From a virus: a DNA stretch of 64,000 bases. Positions 58,707-64,000 of this stretch are shown one piece after another. A program made the translations under genes and the position numbers. The notes below the pieces were generated by a model, which saw only the letters and a program-made list of their open reading frames with translations, was not told the origin of the DNA and did not search any database. Where the stretch lies: the IMG/VR virus record IMGVR_UViG_3300042397_002774, positions 32,001 to 96,000 of that record; one strand, 5' to 3'. The first letter of the stretch is position 1, and every line of letters begins with the position of its first letter.

Positions 58707-61700
58707 TACTTAGAATTTAAAACATTTATTTGTTGTTGTAAATCTTTTATTGCTTCAATTAATACTGCTGTTATTCTACCATAAGAAACTGAATCTGGTT
58801 CTCCTTCATTGTTTTTAAGAACAACATCAGGTAAAATTTCATATACTTCTTCTGCTATTAAACCTAATTCTTTTAAACCTGTATCTTTTTTAGTATAAGA
58901 TACACCTCTCATTTGAAGTACTTTATCTAAACCATATTCTATAGTTTTAACATTTTCTTTATATCTTATAGATGAATTTTCGGTTAAAGTTCCTAAAACA
59001 GTAACATTTGAATTATTATGAGCTCTTAATGAATTTAAAAACTGTGCATATTTGGCAGTACCCCCACCATTATATATTGCCCTAAAAAATTCAGTACTTT
59101 GACTATCATAAATCACAAAATCATCAAAATCTGCTTTTAAATAGTAATCCCATGCACTTTGAGTTCTATATCGTATATATTGATTTGAAGTACTTCCTAA
59201 TTGTATATTACCAACAACATGAAGTCTTTCTGCGGGGGATGTAGTGTTTATACCAACATTCCCATCATTTGATATAATTCCTAAATATGATCCTGCACTT
59301 CCTCTCCATTGTAATATATTTGAACCTGCGTTTTGTTGTTGTAGTTCTAAAACAGGTTGTCCTGTGCCTGAGGCATTAACAATGTGTAATTCTCCTAATG
59401 GACTTGTAGTGCCTATACCAACATTACCATTTGTTTTAATCATTACAATACCTGAACCAGTTGAAGAATCAAATCTGATATCGTTTGCTACTCCAGTTGA
59501 ACCAATATGTATGACATTTGTACCTGAGTCCTGTCCAATAATCCAATGTTGTGATAATCCTGCTCTAAGTGCAGCATCTTGATTTATTAATATAGATCCA
59601 CGAACGTCAAGTCTTTCTAGAGGAGATGTGGTACCTATACCAACGTTACCGTTTTGTAATAGTGTTAAAACAGAAGTGGATGTATCTGAATTTATAAATC
59701 TAAAGTCATTAGTTCCGTTTTGGTTATAATCATTAAGTAATGTCCATCTTGGAGTTGTACCACTTGCTACACCATTCAAAAAGTCTATTCTTGTAGCTCT
59801 ATTAGTAGCACCAGTACCTGCTAGTAATCTAACACCTGCTTGTCCTGTATCTGTGGTAAGATAAATAACAGAGTTCGCACCACTACTTCTATTAATTGTC
59901 AAAGCTTGAGATGGATCTGTAGTACCTATACCAACATTGCCACCATTTGGTTGCAAAGAAAGATTGTAATTTGTAGAATAATCTGTTGTATTTCTTGATT
60001 GTAACCAACTATAAGGATCACCAAAACCAATATCTAAAACACCATTTCCTGCAGTTTGACCAAATCTAGCTATACCATTTTGAGTACTTCCTGAAGTTGA
60101 AGGTGCACCAAATAATCCCCTAACATGAAGTGTAGAAGATGGTGTAGTTGTACCCATACCAACATTACCACCAAATGGATTCATCCATATGACTGGATTT
60201 TTGTTGTCTGCATTTCGCATATCAATAGCCATTACTTCTGTAAGACCATAATCTGTATCTGCTCCCCAAGTCGTAACACTAAATCCTATTTTACCTGTAG
60301 AATTATAAGATGGAGATGCAGCACCTGTTATTCTACCTGCTATTCTACTTGATCCTCCTGTAAATCCAAGATTTAATGTACCTGTTCCTGAGCTATTAGA
60401 ATTTATAACTCCTGCTACATCTAATCTATACCCAGGTGATGCAGTACCAACACCAACATTACCATTAGTTCCATCTATTGCAATACCTAAATTTGCACCT
60501 CTTAAATGTAAATCTGCATATGTTCCACCTGTTTGTTTATATGAAACTATTTGAGCTGTTGAACTTTGTTCTTGTATAACAATTCCAACAGTAGTCATAT
60601 CAAATGCTGCTTGCCCCATTACATGTAATGTTCTAGCAGGAGATGTAGTACCTATACCAACATTACCATCATTTTGTAATACTAAAACAGATCCACTAGT
60701 AATAGCAGACATATCTGAGTTAGTACTTCTAAATCTTAATTGATTTGGTCCATAATCAATAAATGCATTTTGGGTACCGTGTGATAAAAGATCTAGTTCT
60801 GCTGATCCATTAGATGCTGTAGCATTTAATCTTAAACCAACATTAGTAGAGCGAACTATATGAAGACTAGTAGCTGGAGAAGTAGTACCTATGCCAATAT
60901 CACCTGAAGTGTCTATATAAATTTTATTACTATCCCCACCTGTTGCAAGTGCTAGTGCCCCTGTTGATTGTAGCTGCGTATATACATTCCCACCACCATA
61001 AGAAGGATTTAATGTAAAAGAAAGTGTACCTCTATTAAATTGAGCATACCCACCAACACTTATGTAAGTACTTAAATCTTGTACAATACTATCTCCTATT
61101 GTACTTGAACTTGTAAATTTAGATAAATATCCTTGAGTACCTGATACTCCAGGTCCTGCAGGGCCTTGATTACCTTGAGCACCTGTAGGGCCTTGATTAC
61201 CTTGAGCACCTGTTGTTCCTTGAATACCAGTTGCACCTTGAGGACCAGTTGGTCCTTGGTTACCCTGTTGTCCTGTAGGTCCTTGGTTACCTTGAGCGCC
61301 TGTTGTTCCTTGAGGACCTATAGGGCCTTGATTGCCTTGAGCACCTATAGAACCTTGTATACCAGTTGCACCTTGAAATCCAGTTACACCTTGTACTCCT
61401 TGAGCACCTTGTGCACCTACGGCTCCGCTTAGATTTATATTCCAGGCTGTACCTGAGCCAAGCGTTCCATTGCTTGTTGTTGCAATGCTTAGAGCACCCG
61501 TTCCACTATTATAAGTCCTTACTCTAGCAAAGAAAAAAATTGCGCTATCTGCTTGGCTTGTTAATACTATACTTTGATTCACAACGTAGGACAATCCTGT
61601 ATCAACTGTAATATTTGTTATAGAACCAACGGAAATACCTGAATTCCAACTAAAGGCCGATGTAGTAGTAAACTGAACTGATGCTCCTTGGGCTCCATTT

Positions 61701-62005
61701 GAACCTGCCGCACCTTGAGAACCAGTTGCACCTTGAGGACCAACTGCAGCAACACCATTTACCAAAATTGAACCTGATATATTTACTGAACCAGTAAATT
61801 GATGTGTATCATCAGCACTATCACCAAACTTTGTTGAGCCTGATGTATATAGTATTGATGATGATACTATTTCTGAATGGTATTCTTGTGCAGTTAATCT
61901 ACCTTGTACGGTTAAATCTCCTGTTAATGAACCTGATCCTGAAACTGCAATGTCACCAGCTGCAGTTAATAGAGATGCAAGGATTGTATTTTTACTTTTG
62001 GCCAT
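58706..62005 (-). CDS. Tail fibre with short collagen tract, [10 protein letters not shown] repeats and S74 chaperone
   Basis: [19 protein letters not shown], Gly-X-Y tract, about eight GNVGIGTxxP modules, NSSIRYK...GLIAEEV. Confidence 0.88.
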   Translation of the reverse strand: MAKSKNTILASLLTAAGDIAVSGSGSLTGDLTVQGRLTAQEYHSEIVSSSILYTSGSTKFGDSADDTHQFTGSVNISGSILVNGVAAVGPQGATGSQGAAGSNGAQGASVQFTTTSAFSWNSGISVGSITNITVDTGLSYVVNQSIVLTSQADSAIFFFARVRTYNSGTGALSIATTSNGTLGSGTAWNINLSGAVGAQGAQGVQGVTGFQGATGIQGSIGAQGNQGPIGPQGTTGAQGNQGPTGQQGNQGPTGPQGATGIQGTTGAQGNQGPTGAQGNQGPAGPGVSGTQGYLSKFTSSSTIGDSIVQDLSTYISVGGYAQFNRGTLSFTLNPSYGGGNVYTQLQSTGALALATGGDSNKIYIDTSGDIGIGTTSPATSLHIVRSTNVGLRLNATASNGSAELDLLSHGTQNAFIDYGPNQLRFRSTNSDMSAITSGSVLVLQNDGNVGIGTTSPARTLHVMGQAAFDMTTVGIVIQEQSSTAQIVSYKQTGGTYADLHLRGANLGIAIDGTNGNVGVGTASPGYRLDVAGVINSNSSGTGTLNLGFTGGSSRIAGRITGAASPSYNSTGKIGFSVTTWGADTDYGLTEVMAIDMRNADNKNPVIWMNPFGGNVGMGTTTPSSTLHVRGLFGAPSTSGSTQNGIARFGQTAGNGVLDIGFGDPYSWLQSRNTTDYSTNYNLSLQPNGGNVGIGTTDPSQALTINRSSGANSVIYLTTDTGQAGVRLLAGTGATNRATRIDFLNGVASGTTPRWTLLNDYNQNGTNDFRFINSDTSTSVLTLLQNGNVGIGTTSPLERLDVRGSILINQDAALRAGLSQHWIIGQDSGTNVIHIGSTGVANDIRFDSSTGSGIVMIKTNGNVGIGTTSPLGELHIVNASGTGQPVLELQQQNAGSNILQWRGSAGSYLGIISNDGNVGINTTSPAERLHVVGNIQLGSTSNQYIRYRTQSAWDYYLKADFDDFVIYDSQSTEFFRAIYNGGGTAKYAQFLNSLRAHNNSNVTVLGTLTENSSIRYKENVKTIEYGLDKVLQMRGVSYTKKDTGLKELGLIAEEVYEILPDVVLKNNEGEPDSVSYGRITAVLIEAIKDLQQQINVLNSK

Positions 62006-62024
62006 TATATTGTTACCTATTTAA

Positions 62025-62038
62025 TATAAATATAAATA
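62025..62038 (-). promoter_or_regulatory. Tandem late-type motif (two overlapping TATTTATA)
   Basis: + strand reads TATAAATATAAATA. Confidence 0.55.
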
Positions 62039-62067
62039 TTGAAGTTGCTGTATTTTAATCTATCCTA

Positions 62068-63999
62068 TTATCTATTTATAAGTTGTTTTACTAAATCTTT
62101 AAGTTCTTCTATTTCTGTCTTTTGAGATTCGATTTGTGTTTGTTGTTCTTTAATTGCTTCGATTAATAGACCTACCATATTACCATAGGCTACTGAATAC
62201 ATACCTGTGTTGTGATCTTGGTGTACTACTTCTGGTAGTACTTCTAAAACTTCTTGAGCTAATACCCCTGCACGTCTAATATTTCTTTCATCTTCTTCTG
62301 AATCCATTTTTGTGTAGGTAACTCCTCTAATAGCTTGAACTTTTTCTACGGCATTTGTGATAACTTCAACATTATCTTTTACTCTTGCATCTGAAAAGGC
62401 GGTGATATCCCCACCTGCTAAAATTGAACCATTTCCTTGATCAAATCTTATTTTTTCATATGCTGTTCTATTACCACTAGATCTAGAAGGTACAGTAAAA
62501 CTTCTAAGCTGACCAGTACTACTTTCAGAAGTTACACAAAAATAGTTATTTGGATTATCATGATATAATCCCCATCCTGTATAAGGTTCAAAATCTACAA
62601 ATATACCTGTCCATCCTTCACCAGTTACTTGTTGCATACCAAATGCAGCCCCTGCAGATGAGGTTCCAGAAGAATTTAATAACAATCCTGGTTGGTTATA
62701 TGTTGTTGCGTTTAATGAGTAAGGTGTGCTAATACCACTACCTAATGTTACATATCCTGAAATGCTATGATCTCCAGAGGCATTAATTTGCCATCTATAA
62801 CCACTACCACTACCATCATTTTTATATACATAAAAATTACCATCTCTACCAACTACTTCCCATTTATTATTTGCTGAGGCGTCCTGGAATTGTATAATAT
62901 TTCCTGATCCTCTTAAATACATTACTCTTGATGAGCCATCATTTGTAAGTATTAGATTCGGAGCAGCAATATAACTATTTACATTAAAACTTGCTAGGTT
63001 TTCCCAAGTTACATTTCTTGTAAAATCTATTTTAAGAGCACGTGTCCAAGTACCTGCTTGTCCTATTCTTAAATTAAATGCATCGTTGCTTACCCCATCA
63101 TAATATAAATTCCAACCCCACCCACCAGCTGAGCTATTAATTGATGGGTCCCCGGTGCTATTTGCAAAATCTACAGCATATAAATGAGCTTCACCATTAT
63201 TATCACAAGATATTACAGCTCCATGCTTTCTACCTGATGAATAATCATGAACCCATAATGAAGTTCTATCTATTCCTGAACCATATGGTATTAGGTTAGA
63301 ACTATAAGTAGAAGGGTTTTCAGTTGCTAAAATACTTCTTGCTCCTAATAAACCATTATGGTTTAATCTCATCTTAATTGTAGACCAATCAGTACTACCA
63401 TTTCTACTTGTATACCACTCATGTGAATGGTCTTCTGAAGCTGTACCAGATCTCCAATGACCAGAATAGTAACGCATATCGTTACCGTATGTTCTTATTA
63501 CACCAACATAATTATCTTCAATACCTAATTCTAAAGAAGGGTAACCACTAAACCCTCTTACTTGCACCCCAATAACAGTACTTCTTCCAGAAGCTCCACC
63601 ATCACCCGCTGTTAATATAATATTATTAGTTGTGTTAGTAATATATCCAGGACCGTTTGTAAGTTGGTTTAAGTTAGTTAAATTACCTGCATGCCAAACA
63701 GTATTCCCATTTACATTTAAACTTACATATGCACGTATTTCATCAGATTTAAAACCCATTACTTTAGTCCACCCTGATGTGTAAATTCCAAATGCTCTAG
63801 CTGAATCAAAATGTATACCCATTCCATATCTACCAAATACACCTTCTGATGAACTAGCTTTAATAATACCTTCATCCCATCCTGTACTATATGGTCCAAA
63901 TCTAATTCTTGGCCATTCTACAGTATCTGTATTAGTTAGATTAAATGTAACAAGCCCAGTAAATGTACCACCTCCTAGAGGCATTGCGTATGAACTATA
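62068..63999 (-). CDS. Tail fibre with S74 chaperone (N-terminus lies beyond the window end)
   Basis: Frame is open past 63984 to the window edge. FSDARVK...GVLAQEV...[16 protein letters not shown]. Confidence 0.85.
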   Translation of the reverse strand, partial: YSSYAMPLGGGTFTGLVTFNLTNTDTVEWPRIRFGPYSTGWDEGIIKASSSEGVFGRYGMGIHFDSARAFGIYTSGWTKVMGFKSDEIRAYVSLNVNGNTVWHAGNLTNLNQLTNGPGYITNTTNNIILTAGDGGASGRSTVIGVQVRGFSGYPSLELGIEDNYVGVIRTYGNDMRYYSGHWRSGTASEDHSHEWYTSRNGSTDWSTIKMRLNHNGLLGARSILATENPSTYSSNLIPYGSGIDRTSLWVHDYSSGRKHGAVISCDNNGEAHLYAVDFANSTGDPSINSSAGGWGWNLYYDGVSNDAFNLRIGQAGTWTRALKIDFTRNVTWENLASFNVNSYIAAPNLILTNDGSSRVMYLRGSGNIIQFQDASANNKWEVVGRDGNFYVYKNDGSGSGYRWQINASGDHSISGYVTLGSGISTPYSLNATTYNQPGLLLNSSGTSSAGAAFGMQQVTGEGWTGIFVDFEPYTGWGLYHDNPNNYFCVTSESSTGQLRSFTVPSRSSGNRTAYEKIRFDQGNGSILAGGDITAFSDARVKDNVEVITNAVEKVQAIRGVTYTKMDSEEDERNIRRAGVLAQEVLEVLPEVVHQDHNTGMYSVAYGNMVGLLIEAIKEQQTQIESQKTEIEELKDLVKQLINR

Positions 64000-64000
64000 G

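Noticed and set aside
315-62732. All + strand ORFs and nested alternative-frame minus-strand ORFs in the ORF track
   Set aside because: They lie antisense to, or inside, well-supported genes. Many are by-products of the collagen repeats (for example KATKVIK and SPLSPW runs).
43972-63999. Diversity-generating retroelement or shufflon acting on the fibres
   Set aside because: No reverse transcriptase, no TR/VR pair with adenine-specific mismatches and no invertase were seen. All cassettes share one orientation.
1-64000. Stop-codon reassignment
   Set aside because: Genes are full length and densely packed under the standard code, and TAA, TAG and TGA all end recognisable genes.
1-64000. Bacterial chromosome origin suggested by groEL/ES and que genes; tRNA or rRNA genes
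   Set aside because: The housekeeping-like genes sit among T4-like replisome and tail genes on one strand. Intergenic gaps are short and no cloverleaf was recognised.

Overview
This window is part of a large, AT-rich, myovirus-like phage genome. All credible genes are on the minus strand. The promoters are Bacteroidota-type (TTTG-N19-21-TAnnTTyA) and the starts lack Shine-Dalgarno sequences, which suggests a Bacteroidota host (inference). Positions 1-29 kb hold a T4-like replisome (PolB, clamp, clamp loaders, helicase, SSB, UvsX/RecA, 5'-3' exonuclease), a second truncated family-A polymerase, RNR/thioredoxin, a full GroEL/GroES/Hsp20 set and two GT-B glycosyltransferases. They also hold a 7-deazaguanine DNA-modification cluster (FolE, QueD, QueE, QueC, a TGT/DpdA-like protein and a purine phosphoribosyltransferase) with several non-canonical motifs. 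Positions 29-43 kb are a contractile tail module with a probable programmed frameshift in the tail chaperone. Positions 43-64 kb encode four S74-chaperoned fibres, three of them with collagen Gly-X-Y domains. The best candidate for an undescribed system is a four-gene operon with its own promoter, encoding three 2OG-Fe(II) oxygenases and a double-GT2 glycosyltransferase. It lies between two Lys-rich collagen fibres and may be a phage collagen hydroxylation/glycosylation pathway. All calls come from motif recognition by eye, with no database searches.
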